A DNA stretch of 62,881 bases, counting the filler, from Reclinomonas americana ATCC 50394 (lineage: Eukaryota), in the NCBI GenBank assembly GCA_048213135.1. It is 4 parts of 2 records of this genome, joined end to end, with 100 filler letters (N's around TTAATTAATTAA, not from the genome) between each part and the next. Parts side by side here need not be neighbours in the genome. Positions count along the whole stretch, not along the records: positions 49,636 to 62,881 come from PS015386.1; 3 more parts are not named here. The stretch is one strand, 5' to 3'. The notes below the pieces were generated by a model. It was not told the origin of the DNA. It saw nothing but the letters and a program-made list of their open reading frames with translations, and made no database searches. How positions within the stretch are numbered: position 1 is the stretch's first letter; every line of letters starts with the position of its first letter. Positions 49,636 to 62,881 of this stretch are shown here, one piece after another. A program made the position numbers and the translations under genes.

Positions 49636-50722
49636 ACCTGTGTGTGTGCAGAGGCGAGGTGGTGCGCGTCGAGTGTCTAACATTGCCAGAATACGTGTGC
49701 AGATTCTGCGGAGGCGGCGACGGATTTGCTCTCGTGTTCGCCAAGAGCTCGACGACTTCCAGTCGTGTTCCGACGGCGTGGCAGACGGCAAATAAGTTTG
49801 CGGTGGGCAAGGGCATCGGGTACGAGGGACTGTCGGATGTGTTGGCGATCGAGTTCGACACGTGGTTCAACAAGGACTACTACGACCCGAAGCAGGTTTC
49901 TTCTTGGATCTCATTATTGTATCGCATGCCGACGAAAATCACACGGTACTCACCGAGGTGGTGCAGGGCGTGGAGCATTGGTGGATCAACGCGACCGAAT
50001 ACGTGAGCTATGCCGACAACCATGTGGCAGGTGAGTTTGTTGGTGATGGCAAAGATGAGACACAGTCTGTGATTGACACGTTGATTCTTTTCCAGTGTTC
50101 TCGTCGCTTCCTGGACAGACGGTGCAGGCCGACCATTCGTCGAACTCGCTGATTGGTGCGACACCATCGATCCCCAATCTGAGCGACGGTCAGATCCACG
50201 AAGTGCGCGTGTGGTGAGTTGGTCTTTTGTCGCCAGTAAGTGTCTGCGCAGCGCATCCGCATGATGCTGAACGGGAGCGCAGGTACCTGCCGCCGATGTT
50301 TGGGCATCCGGGATCGCTGTCGATCTTCATCGACAACACGGCGCGACCGGTGCTTGTGGTGGACGTGACGCTGGACAGCGCGTACAGCTATTTCCCGAAT
50401 CACTACATGATGCAGCGAGTTGAGTGGGCGTGTGTGTGTGAGTGTGTATGTGTGTTCTTTTTCTACGTTCCTGTCACTCTGTCTGTCTCGTTTCGTCGAA
50501 GCTGACTCGCCCCGCCCGTGTGTGTGTGTGTACAGGGAGTGCTGGACTCGAATGGTTACGGATACATGGGATTCACGGCTGGCGTTGGCGATGTGACGCA
50601 GAATGTGGACATTCTGTCGTGGGCGTTCTGCCACAAGCTGTTGCGTGCAGAGTGTGCGTCTTGCAATGTCGAGTCATGCTCACTCTTTTTCGTTCGTGCG
50701 CAGCGGCTGTGTGGCGTACTGA
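49636..50722 (+). CDS. tandem lectin gene copy A (3' part): L-type lectin domain
   Basis: FCGGGDGFALVF..GKGIGYEGLSDVLAIEFDTWFNKDYYDP..DNHVAV..IPNLSDGQIHEVRVWY..GYMGFTAGVG..VDILSWAF..CVAY*; legume-lectin motifs DGFA, AIEFDT, NHVA, GFTA, ILSW. Confidence 0.88.
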
Positions 50723-51044
50723 GATCTTCTCTCGTCTTCTGTTGCCTCTTATGTGTTGATGATTGTTGATGAATTTTCATGAGACTTATCTTATATTGCT
50801 TCCTATTGTTGGGAGCGGACGAGTTTCCCCGCTTTCCTCTTGCTGTTCGTGTGGTTTGTTTGTGCTTGTGTGGCCTGTTCTTGTGCATTTGTGTCGCTTG
50901 TGTGTGCACTCGTGCGTTGTTGCTGTGTTTGTGTTTGTGTGCAACATGCCTGCTGCTCATGGCGATGCCCGACATCGCGCTCACGTTTTTCCTCCCCTAT
51001 GCCTCTTTGTGTGCGTCACTCATCGCGCAGTCGTACGGAACGCA

Positions 51045-54000
51045 ATGGGCAGTCTCACCTTTCACTTGGTGCTCGTCGCCTTGGCGCTTATGATGACGAT
51101 GCTCGGCGCGGCAAATGGTGTGTGCAATATCAGACGCATCGTCGTCGCTGGTTTTCTCGCAGCGCACGCTGCTGCTCACCTCGTCCGCCCTTGATGCGTG
51201 TGTCTGTTCGTTCAGCTGCCAGCGTGAGCTCGTTCTCGCCGCTTCATGCGCGCGCGGGCATTGGAAGCAGCGAAGACGTTCTAACCATCACTGGTGCGAC
51301 GTTTTATTGCTGACTGTCGAGTGCGTTTTTTTCCTCATATTCCCCCCGCGCGTTGTGCAGGCACTGGCCTCGCCACCGCTGACTCCGTGTGTCTCAGTCC
51401 CGGCGGCTGCCCGGCCACGTGCACTGGGGCTACAACTCTGAACAACGTGACTCCGTCAAGCGCGGCACTGAACGGTGTGTGTCCGCGTGCTGTTTTCTGT
51501 TCTTCTAGTACGCACCTCTCACCCTCATGCACGCGACAGGCGCGAGTGGCACCTCGACCGAGCACTACGTCAAGCTCACGAACATCTCGGCTGGTGAATA
51601 CTACGTGTGCTCTGGACCTGGCGGCGGAACCGTGACGTTGCGTTTCGGCGTCACCAATGGCTGCTGTGTCCTCGACATTGACACTTCGTATGCATGGCGT
51701 GCAGCCAAGTCGGCACTATGCTGCTACGCTTGGTCAGCATCTCGGGCCTGTTGCCGTCCTCCATCACGTCATTGGATGCGACTGCGGCGGTTATTGTTCA
51801 GGTGATTCGCGTTGCCCAGCAGCCTCGAATGTTGTTTGTTGGCTCACTTTTTCATTCACAGGGCCTGTACCTCAATCCGACCGACGTGGTGCAGTTCTCG
51901 GCGTCGTCGACCTGTGCCGTGGTCGCTGCCACGGCGACGGGCATCACGACGACGAACCCGCAGCGTACCGAGCTGACGGCGTACATCGGCGGCACCGGAC
52001 TGGCGACAGCGGCGACGTATTACGTGTGCTTGCAGGTCAATAGCAATCTGCCGTCACTGGTGTTGTCGTCGCCGACAATGAGTGCCGTCAGTGCGTCATT
52101 TGTTGTCGATGCCCCCCTCTTTGAAAAGAAGAAAGGACCCACATCGATGTGCCTGCAGATACTGCGGTCCTGACGGGCTTCTCTCCCACGAGCATTCCGA
52201 CGTTGGACATTGGTGCCGTGCTCACTCTGTTGCGTGTGACAGTGTGGACCGCTGAGTGTGTCTTGATTCTCCTGCTCATCTGGTATGGGGACGTTCAGTA
52301 CCGGCATTGGCCTGCGCACGACGGACACAATCATGTTTACGCGAAGTGCGTGCGCCATTGTTGCCTGGCAGAATACTACATTCTTGATGGTTGCTAATCT
52401 GGTGTGTTGAACAGACACGTGCAGCGACACGGCAAACGTGTACACATCGACGGGTCCGCGGCAAGTGATCATGGACAGCTTTGCCGGACCGAATCGACGC
52501 ATGATTATCACCGTGGGTGGCATTGGGCTGCCAGTGGACAACCTCGGCGCCTCGCAGACATACAAGATCTGCTACACTGGCTATGTGGCCACGGGCACTG
52601 CTTCTGCTGCTCTCTTTGGCACGACTCTTACCTCAGGTTCGGTTTTTGTTCTCACGTTGGGTCTCGTGGGTGTTGAATATTAAATGGTGTGAGTTGCGCA
52701 GTGGCGTTCTATCAGATTGACACGTGGGCCGTGGACACACATACGACTGCCGCTACGATCACCATCAGTGGTGGTGTGACCACGAGCGACAAGGCCATTG
52801 TCGTGGCTGGGTACGATTGTCCGCATGCTGGAGTACCAACGGCAAATTATTTGTCCATCTCCGTATCCGGAACGAAGACGATCTCGGCAACTCTTAATTC
52901 AGGCACTGTTGGCAACGGTGAGTGTGTTGTCATTCATTGTGATAAAAGTGCAGCTTACAGATATATACTAACACGAACACGGTGCTTGTTAATGTGATGA
53001 CGCAGGAGCGTATACGGTGTGCGTGTTGATTGGCGGCACGCAAGTGGGTGCAGTCAAGACGGTGCAGGTGTGGAATCCGGGATGGGGGTACTCGGTCGCA
53101 ACTGGCTTGCCGACAGCAGGTGGCAGCGGTGCTGGCTTCACTCTTGACATTGTATCTATTGCCGGTGGCATTCTGAGTGCCACCGTGGCAACCGGCGGCA
53201 CTGGCTACGTGGTCGGCGACACAATCACTCTCACTGGTGGCAACGGATCGAATGGCAAGGTTGTGGTGCTGACGGTAAACGGCAGCGCTGTGCAGACGGT
53301 GGCTGTACTCGCTGCCGGCAGTGGCTACTTGACTACATCAGGGGCTTCCACCAGCAGTAGCCCTGGGTCGGGCTGCTTGCTCAACATCCTTGCCGGCAAC
53401 ATGATCTCCAGCTTTATCGGCATTCAGAGTGCCACAGTGCATGCGGGGGGCGCTGGCAGTGGCTACGCAGCCAACGACGTGCTCAGTCTCACAAGTGGTG
53501 GCGGATCAGGTGGCGCGCTTCGAGTGCTGACAGTAGACGGCAGCGGCGCGGTACTGACGGTGTCGGTGTTGCTTGCCGGCAATGGGTACACGACTACGTC
53601 AGCGGCGACCACCAGCACCAATAATATGGGAATGGGCTGCACAGTTGACATCACCGCCGGTACAATCCCCGCTATTGCAGTCAATGCCGGCGGCTTTGGC
53701 TATCAGGTCGGCGACATTATCGATGTGGTGCAGACGAATGGTGCCAGTGGCCAGTTGTTGGTAGTCGAGACAAGCACGGGAACCAACTGGCGCAAGATTG
53801 GCGACACTGCTAACCCTCCGACTCCGATTGTTGAGAGTTGCGTTTTTCGTCTCTTGTGTGATTATCTCTCAGCAAGTCAAAGAACTCGCTCACCTTGCGA
53901 TCCGTTATCTGTCTGCAGAGTACGCGTTTGAGCCACGGATGATTCCCGAGTCGACTGCTGGTGCTGTGCTGACACTGACTGGTGCTACGACGCTGGCATC

Positions 54001-56840
54001 AGCCACTGTTACCATTTGCAGCGGTGCAACTGTGTGCACGGTGGCAGTAGGCGCCAACTGGGGACCGACGAATGGAGCATACTATGCATTGTGCACGACA
54101 AGCTCTGTCACAGCGGTTAGTATGCAGCGTTTATGGCGATGCGTTCCTTTGAAATCGGTGCTGATTTATTTTGATTTTCGCAGGGTATTTACAACTTGTG
54201 CATCTCGGGGACTCAAATCAACCAATCCGGATGGCCGCTGATTGTGGGAAAGTGTGGCTGGTACAACATCAACTTCCGGCCGTCGCAGTACACCAACACG
54301 GTGCCCAATATCACCACCCGCGCGCAGAGTGCTGGCGCCTGTGCAGGTGCGTGTTCCTTTTTGTCCTTGCATTGTCTTTTGTGGTGTGTCTCACTCTTGT
54401 GATTGTCAGGTGACACCACCATGAGTACCAGCGGATGCAAATGGTGTGAGATACTGCGGCATCCTGTCGTTGAGCTTGGTGTTGCTTGCTCACTGCGAAG
54501 GTCCTCTGTTGTGCTCCTGCAGGTGCAACCAATCTGGTCAGGTTCGTGCGCTGGGCGACTGGACAAAGTCGACACAGTCGTCAACGCGCGGCTATTGCGT
54601 CAACTCGGGCACATCCTGCAGCAGTGGCAGTGGTATGACAGCCGCTGTGAACATGCTTGTCAACCAGGATGCTGTTGTGGCGTACCCGGTGCACGACAAG
54701 TGGAAGGAGAACGGCGACCAGGTGTTGGAGGAGGTGTTCCCGAACCGCTTTGCGTACTACAAGATTGCACCGCCGCATCGGTGAGTTGTTGTTTCTACAA
54801 TCGCGTGCTATGGTGTACTCTTTTTCTCCCCCTTGTACTGACTGCTGCCAACCACAATGCAGCAACTTTGATCTGCATGTGATGGCGCGGAGCATCGACT
54901 ATCTGCGACTGGGCGACAACCTGGACATGTACATTCAGCGCAATGCGGCTCCGACAACGTCGTCGTGGGCGTTCACGTCAGTGCGTGAGAGCAACCCGTG
55001 GGCGATTGATGTGTACTCTGAGGATTTGTGGGCGAACGGTTTGTTGTGGATTTTGTGTGCGAGTGGCGTGGTGTTTCAGAGCACTCACACGATTCTGCTG
55101 TCGAACAGCTGGATGCACGACGTCTGGATGCAGTCCGTACTTCATTGGCGTGATGGGCGACAATCAGTTCCCGCAGAAGAGTGGGGCGTCACAGTATCAG
55201 ATGCAAGTGTGGCTTGGTGCGCTCGTGTTGATCGATGATAGTGTTGCTGCCATTGTGTTGGTTTTGGCTTCTCACAGTCACTCATCTCACAGAAATGAAC
55301 TTCACTGATTTCACGTGTGCGGACGCCACCAGTAACGACTGCCTTGCCCTCACGATCCGTGACGGAACTACAGTGGCGGCGGGCGTTACTGCCATGCTTC
55401 TGTCGACGGCTTCCTCAAGTGCCTACACTGATGCAGTGACGGTTCGTTGCGATTGGTGTCGTCAGCAAGCAGGTAGTTGGTCACAAGAACTCAAGTTGCT
55501 TACTTCTACTGCTTCTGGCGTGCACAGTTTGTGACAGACGACTTGACGCCTGCCAACAAAGTCATGCGGCTGACGAAGCAGAAGGCCGGGTCGATTCTGT
55601 CGCTGACCGACCGCCATCGCCGCTCACACGTGTACTACGGCGATCAACTGTACCTGAAGAACGGTTTCGAGGCTCGTTTCCGGTTCCGCATCTCGTCGCT
55701 GGGTCTCTGCACAGAACTCGACGGGTGCGTACCTGTGTGTGTGCAGAGGCGAGGTGGTGACGAGTCGAGTGTCTGATATTTACAGTTTACTTTCGCAGAT
55801 TCTGCGGTGGCGGCGACGGATTTGCTCTCGTGTTCGCCAAGAGCTCGACGACTTCCAATCGTGTTCCGACGGCGTGGACGACAGCGAGCAAGTTTGCAGT
55901 GGGCAAGGGCATTGGGTACGAGGGACTGTCGGATGTGTTGGCCATCGAGTTCGACACGTGGTTCAACAAGGACTACTACGACCCGAAGCAGGTTTCTTCT
56001 TGGATCTCATTATTGTATCGCATGTTGACGAGAAGCACGCTGTACTCACTGAGGTGGTGCAGGGCGTGGAGCATTGGTGGATCAACGCGACCGAGTACGT
56101 GAGCTATGCCGACAACCATGTGGCAGGTGAGTTTGTTGGTGATGGCAAAGATGAGGCACAGTCTGTGATTGACCGTTGGTTCTTTTTCCAGTGTTCTCGT
56201 CACTCCCTGGACAGACGGTGCAGGCCGACCACTCGTCGAACTCGCTGATTGGTGCGACGCCGTCGATCCCCAATCTGAGCGACGGTCAGATCCACGAAGT
56301 GCGCGTGTGGTGAGTTGGTCTTCCTCTTCGATCGAGATTGTCGGCAGTAGTGGTTGCACATGATACTGATCGAAAGCGCAGGTACCTACCGCCTATGTTT
56401 GGGCATCCGGGATCGCTGTCGATCTTCATTGACAACACGGCGCGACCGGTGCTTGTGGTGGACGTGACGCTGGACAACGCGTACAGCTATTTCCCGAATC
56501 ACTACATGATGCAGCGAGTTGAGTGTGCTGTGCTGTGCTGTGCTGTGCTGTATGTGTGTGTGTGTGTGTTGTGTGTTCGTTTCTGTGTTCCTGTCACTCT
56601 GTCTGTCTCGTTTCGTCGAAGCTGACTCGCCCCGCCCGTGTGTGTGTACACAGGGAGTGCTGGACTCGAATGGCTACGGATACATGGGATTCACGGCTGG
56701 CGTTGGCGATGTGACGCAGAATGTGGACATTCTGTCGTGGGCGTTCTGCCACAAGCTGTTGCGTGCAGAGTGCGCGTCTTGCAATGCCGAATCATGCTCA
56801 CTCTTTTTCGTTCGTGCGCAGCGGCTGTGTGGCGTACTGA
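51045..56840 (+). CDS. tandem lectin gene copy B (complete): secreted protein with Ig/TIG-like modules, Gly-rich repeats, a Cys-rich segment, a PPC-like beta domain and a C-terminal L-type lectin domain
   Basis: Signal peptide MGSLTFHLVLVALALMMTMLGAANA. More than 20 short GT-AG introns keep an open frame to TGA at 56838-56840. No TM segment seen. Confidence 0.85.
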
Positions 56841-57177
56841 GATCTCTTTCTCTCGTCTTCTGTCGCCTCTTGTATGTGTTGATGATTGTCGATGAATTTT
56901 CATTTGAGACATATTTTGCTGCTTGTGCGTGGGAGCTGACTGGGAGTTTCCCCGCTTACTTTCTTGTTGTTCGTGTGGTGTGCTTGTGCTTGTGTGGCGT
57001 GTTCTTGTGCACTTGTGTCGCTTGTGTGTGCGCACGTGTGTGGTTGCTGTGTTTGTGTGTTTGTGTGTTTGTGTGCAACATGCCCGCTCATGGCGATGCC
57101 CGACATCGCGCTCACGTTTTTTTCCTCCTCTGTGCCTCTTTGTGTGCGTCACTCATCGTGCAGTCGTACGGAACGCA

Positions 57178-60100
57178 ATGGGCAGTCTCACCTTTCACTT
57201 GGTGCTCGTCGCCTTGGCGCTTGTGATGACGATGCTCGGCGCGGCAAATGGTGCGCACAACCGGACACTTTGTTTCACTTGTTCTCTCACCCGCCAACCT
57301 TGACGCGTTTGTGTGTTTGTGCGTTCAGCCGCCAGCGTGAGCTCGTTCTCGCCGCTTCATGCGCGCGCGGGCATTGCAAGCAGCGAAGACGTTCTCACCA
57401 TCACCGGTGCGCGACGCGATGTTCATTACTTGCTGCCGAGTGGTTTTCTCATATTCTCCGCGCGCTGTGCAGGCACTGGCCTCGCCACCGCTGACTCCGT
57501 GTGTCTCAGTCCCGGCGGCTGCCCGGCCACGTGCACTGGGGCTACAACTCTGAACAACGTGACTCCGTCAAGCGCGGCACTGAACGGTGTGTGTCCGCGT
57601 GCTGTTTTCTGTTCTTCTAGTACGCACCTCTCACCCTCATGCACGCGACAGGCGCGAGTGGCACCTCGACCGAGCACTACGTCAAGCTCACGAACATCTC
57701 GGCTGGTGAATACTACGTGTGCTCTGGACCCGGTGGCGGAACCGTGACGTTGCGTTTCGGCGTCACCAATGGCTGCTGTGTCCTCGACATTGACACTTCG
57801 TATGCATGGCGTGCAGCCAAGTCGGCACTATGCTGCTACGCTTGGTCAGCATCTCGGGCCTGTTACCGCCCTCCATAACTTCGTTGGATCCGACTGCGGC
57901 GGTGATTGTCAAGGTACTATGAGCCTCGAGAGTAGTGCTGTTGTTGCCGAAACTCACCTTCTTTTCACAGGGCCTGTACTTGAACCCGACCGACGTGGTG
58001 CAGTTCTCGACGTCGTCGACCTGTGCCGTGGTCGCTGCCACGGNNNNNNNNNNNNNNNNNNNNNNNNNNNNNNNNNNNNNNNNNNNNNNNNNNNNNNNNN
58101 NNNNNNNNNNNNNNNNNNNNNNNNNNNNNNNNNNNNNNNNNNNNNNNNNNNNNNNNNNNNNNNNNNNNNNNNNNNNNNNNNNNNNNNNNNNNNNNNNNNN
58201 NNNNNNNNNNNNNNNNNNNNNNNNNNNNNNNNNNNNNNNNNNNNNNNNNNNNNNNNNNNNNNNNNNNNNNNNNNNNNNNNNNNNNNNNNNNNNNNNNNNN
58301 NNNNNNNNNNNNNNNNNNNNNNNNNNNNNNNNNNNNNNNNNNNNNNNNNNNNNNNNNNNNNNNNNNNNNNNNNNNNNNNNNNNNNNNNNNNNNNNNNNNN
58401 NNNNNNNNNNNNNNNNNNNNNNNNNNNNNNNNNNNNNNNNNNNNNNNNNNNNNNNNNNNNNNNNNNNNNNNNNNNCGACAGGCATCACGACGACAAACCC
58501 ACAGCGCACCGAGCTGACGGCGTACATCGGCGGCACCGGACTGGCGACAGCGGCGACGTATTACGTGTGCTTGCAGGTCAACAGCAATCTGCCGTCGCTG
58601 GTGTTGTCGTCGCCGACAATGAGTGCCGTCAGTGCGTCATTTATTGTCGATGCCCCCCTCTTTGATACGAAAACGACCCACGTCGATGTGCCTGCAGATA
58701 CTGCGGTCCTGACGGGCTTCACACCCACGAGCATTCCGACGTTGGACATTGGCGCCGTGCTCACTCTGTTGCGTGTGACAGTGTGGACCGCTGAGTGTGT
58801 CTTGATTCTCCTGCTCATCTGGTATGGGGACGTTCAGTACTGGCACTGGCCTGCGCACGACGGACACGATCATGTTCACTCGAGGTGCGTGCACCATGTT
58901 GTTGGCAAAATTCTTGGTTCGCTGTACTTACCTGATGATCTATGCTGAGTAGCCACGTGCAGCGACACTGCAAACGTGTACACGTCGACGGGTCCGCGGC
59001 AAGTGATCATGGACAGCTATGCCTACACCTCCAATGACGGTGGACCGAATCGACGCATGATCATCACCGTGGGTGGCATTGGGCTGCCAGTGGACAACCT
59101 CGGCGCGTCGCAGACATACAAAATCTGCTACACTGGCTACGTGGCCACGGGCACTGCTTCTGCTGCTCTCTTTGGCACGAATCTTACCTCAGGTTCGTTT
59201 CATGCTCTCACGTGAGTCTCATGAACGTGATGTTGAATGGTGTGAGTTGTGCAGTGGCGTTCTATCAGATCGACAAGTGGGCAGTGGACACGAGTTCAGC
59301 TGCCGCGACAATCACCATCAGTGGTGGTGTGACCACGAGTGACAAGGCCATTGTCGTGGCTGGGTACGATTGCCAGCACGCCGGAGTACCAACCGCGAAT
59401 TATTTGTCCATCTCCGGAGCGAAGACGATCTCGGCAACTCTTAATTCAGGCACTGTTGGCAACGGTGAGTTCGTCTTCATGTGTTGCGAAGAAGTGCGGC
59501 TTACAGATATATACTAACACGGTGCTTGTTAATGTGATGACGCAGGAGCGTATACGGTGTGCGTGTTGATTGGCGGCACGCAAGTGGGCGCTGTCAAGAC
59601 GGTGCAGGTGTGGAATCCGGGATGGGGATATTCGACTGCAACTGGCTTGGCGACAGCAGGCGGCAGTGGTGCTGGATTCACGATTGATATCAGTGCGGTC
59701 ACTGGCGGCATTCTGAGTGCCACCGTGGGAGCCGGCGGCAGTGGCTACGTGGTCGGCGACACACTCACCGTCACTGGTGGCAGCGGATCGAATGGCAAGG
59801 TTGTGGTGCTGACGGTAAACGGCAGCGCTGTGCAGACGGTGGCTGTACTCGCTGCCGGCAGTGGGTACGCGACTACAGCAGGGGCTTCCACCAGCGGCGG
59901 CACTGGGTCGGGCTGCACGGTCAATATCCTCTCGGGCACCATCTCCACGGTTGCAGTCAATGCCGGCGGCTTTGGCTATCAGGTCGGCGACATTATTGAT
60001 GTGGTGCAGACGAATGGTGCCAGTGGCCAGTTGTTGGTGGTGGAGACGAGCACGGGAACCAACTGGCGCAAGATTGGCGACACTGCTAACCCACCAACTC

Positions 60101-62881
60101 CGATTGTGGAGAGTTGCGTTTTTCGTCGTTGTGATTATCTCTCAGCAAGTCAGGGAACTCATTCACCTTGCTTTTTTGTTGTCCATCTGCAGAGTACGCG
60201 TTTGAGCCACGGACGATTCCCGAGTCGACTGCTGGTGCTGTGCTGACACTGACTGGTTCGACGACGCTGGCATCAGCCACTGTTACCATTTGCAGCGGTG
60301 CAACTGTGTGCACGGTGGCAGTAGGCGCCAACTGGGGACCGACGAATGGAGCATACTATGCATTGTGCACTACCAACTCCGTCGCAGCGGTTAGTATTTA
60401 TTGTGCATGGTGGTGATGCATTCCTTGGTAGGCGATGCTGATGGAGTTTTGTGTGCGCAGGGTATCTATGATTTGTGCATCTCGGGGACTCAAATCAACC
60501 AATCCGGGTGGCCGCTGATTGTTGGAAAGTGTGGCTGGTACAACATCAACTTCCGGCCGTCGCAGTACACCAACACGGTGCCCAATATCACCACCCGCGC
60601 GCAGAGTGCTGGCGCCTGTGCAGGTGTGCTTTTTCCTTTTTGTCCTTGCATTGTCTTTTGTGGTGTGTCTCACTCTTGTGATTGTCAGGTGACACAACCA
60701 TGAGTACCAGTGGATGCAAATGGTGAGTTGCTGCTGCATCCTTTCGTTGAGCTTGTTGTTGCTTGCTCACCACCAAGGCCCTTTGTTGTGTTCCTGCAGG
60801 TGTAACCAATCTGGTCAGGCTCGTGCACTTGGCGACTGGACAAAGTCGACACAGTCGTCAACGCGCGGCTATTGCGTCAACTCGGGCACATCTTGCAGCA
60901 ACAGTGTCACTGGTATGACAGCCGCAGTGGACATGCTTGTCAATCAGGACGCTGTTGTGGCGTACCCGGTGCACGACAAGTGGAAGGAGAATGGCGACCA
61001 GGTGCTGGAGGAGGTGTTCCCGAACCGCTTTGCGTACTACAAGATCGCACCGCCACATCGGTGAGTTGCTGTTCCTGTGATCGCGTGCTATGGTCTACTC
61101 TTTCTCTCCCCCTTGTACTGACTGCTGCCAACCACAATGCAGCAACTTTGACCTGCATGTGATGGCGCGGAGCGTCGACTATCTGCGACTGGGCGACAAC
61201 CTGGACATGTACATTCAGCGCAATGCGGCTCCGACGACGTCGTCGTGGGCGTTCACGTCAGTGCGCGAGAGCAACCCGTGGGCGATTGATGTGTACTCTG
61301 AGGATTTGTGGGCGAACGGTTTGTTGTGGATTTTGTGTGCGAGTGGCGTGGTGTTTCGGAGCAACTCTTACAATCACGCCATTCTGTTGTACAGCTGGGT
61401 GCACGACGTCTGGATGCAATCCGTACTTCATTGGTGTGATGGGCGACAATCAGTTCCCGCAGAAGAGTGGGGCGTCGCAGTATCAGATGCAAGTGTGGCT
61501 TGGTGCGCTCGTGTTGATCGATGATAGTGTTGCTGCAATTGTGTTGCTTTTGTCTGCTCACGGTCGCCCATCATGGCAGAGATGAACTTTACTGATTTCA
61601 CATGTGCGGACGCCAGCAGCAACAACTGCCTCAATCTCAAGATCCGCGACGGTACTACACTGGCGGCGGGCGTCACTGCCATGCTTCTGTCGACGGCCGA
61701 TTCAACCGGCAACGCAAATACTGATGCAGTGACGGTTCGTTGTGATTGGTGTCGGCAATCATGAGGTCATGGTTGACAAGAACTCGAGTGGCTCACTTTC
61801 ACTGCTTTTGGCGTGCACAGTTTGTGACAGACGACTTGACGCCTGCCAACAAAGTCATGCGGCTGACGAAGCAGAAGGCCGGGTCGATTCTGTCGCTGAC
61901 CGATCGCCATCGCCGCTCGCACGTGTACTATGGCGACCAACTGTATCTGAAGAACGGTTTCGAGGCTCGTTTCCGGTTTCGCATCTCGTCGCTGGGTCTC
62001 TGCACAGAACTCGACGGGTGCGTACCTGTGTGTGTGCAGAGGCGAGGTGGTGACGAGTCGAGTGTCTGACATTTACAGTTTACTTTCGCAGATTCTGCGG
62101 TGGCGGCGACGGATTTGCTCTCGTGTTCGCCAAGAGCTCGACGACTTCCAATCGTGTTCCGACGGCGTGGCAGACGGCAAATAAGTTTGCAGTGGGCAAG
62201 GGCATTGGGTACGAGGGACTGTCGGATGTGTTGGCGATCGAGTTCGACACGTGGTTCAACAAGGACTACTACGACCCGAAGCAGGTTTCTTCTTGGATCT
62301 CATTATTGTATTGCAAGCTGACGAAAAGCACACTGTACTCACTGAGGTGGTGCAGGGCGTGGAGCATTGGTGGATCAACGCGACCGAATACGTGAGCTAT
62401 GCCGACAACCATGTGGCAGGTAAGTTTGTTGGTGGAGGCAAAGATGAGACACAGCCTGTGATTGACACGTTGATTCTTTTTCCAGTGTTCTCGTCACTCC
62501 CTGGACAGACGGTGCAGGCCGACCACTCGTCGAACTCGCTGATTGGTGCGACACCATCGATCCCCAATCTGAGCGACGGTCAGATCCACGAAGTGCGTGT
62601 GTGGTGAGTTGGTCTTCCTCTTCGATCGAGATTGTCGGCAGTAGTGGTTGCACATGATACTGATCGAAAGCGCAGGTACCTACCGCCTATGTTTGGGCAT
62701 CCGGGATCGCTGTCGATCTTCATTGACAACACGGCGCGACCGGTGCTTGTGGTGGACGTGACGCTGGACAGCGCGTATAGCTATTTCCCGAATCACTACA
62801 TGATGCAGCGAGTTGAGTGTGCTGTGTGTGTGTGTGTGTGCTGTGCTGTGCTGTGCTGCGTGTGTGTGTGTGTGTGTGTGT
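57178..62881 (+). CDS. tandem lectin gene copy C (last exons lie beyond the window)
   Basis: Collinear with copy B from the signal peptide to the lectin domain; internal gap at 58044-58475. Confidence 0.85.

Larger units (their letters stand above)
49636..62881 (+). repeat. direct tandem array of at least three gene-sized units of about 6.1-6.3 kb
   Basis: Near-identical blocks recur at about 49.7, 55.8 and 62.1 kb (lectin exons) and at 51.0 and 57.2 kb (5' ends), including introns and spacers. Confidence 0.95.

Overview
A compact, GC-rich, intron-dense nuclear scaffold from a unicellular eukaryote. It is probably flagellated (it has TTLL1) and uses the standard genetic code; most introns are about 55-115 nt. 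It has many N-gaps, three of them 100-nt gaps of unknown size (44N-TTAATTAATTAA-44N). About 22 spliced genes could be reconstructed by hand: a RING/zinc-finger protein fused to USP7-type C-terminal Ubl domains, SPF30, a coiled-coil protein, a SPRY-like protein, TTLL1, COG1, a TPR protein, DJ-1/Hsp31, a large fibrocystin-L-like receptor, a GNAT, MIA40, NDUFAF8, PGGT1B, a large NHL-repeat type-I membrane protein, a claudin/PMP22-like protein, a few unknowns, and a tandem array of about 6.2-kb secreted L-type-lectin genes with a distant paralog at the window start. The most striking feature is a large class of register-shifted 5' splice sites: at least 26 independent introns begin GTTGCGT, GTTGAGT, GTTGCGC or GTTACGC, mostly after a non-G exon base. 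Other notable points are the RING-USP7C fusion with no deubiquitinase catalytic domain, a GAS2/GAR-like tail on the fibrocystin-like receptor, 16 consecutive genes in alternating orientation, and mosaic, repeat-variable lectin copies. All gene models are manual; no database search or transcript data were available.
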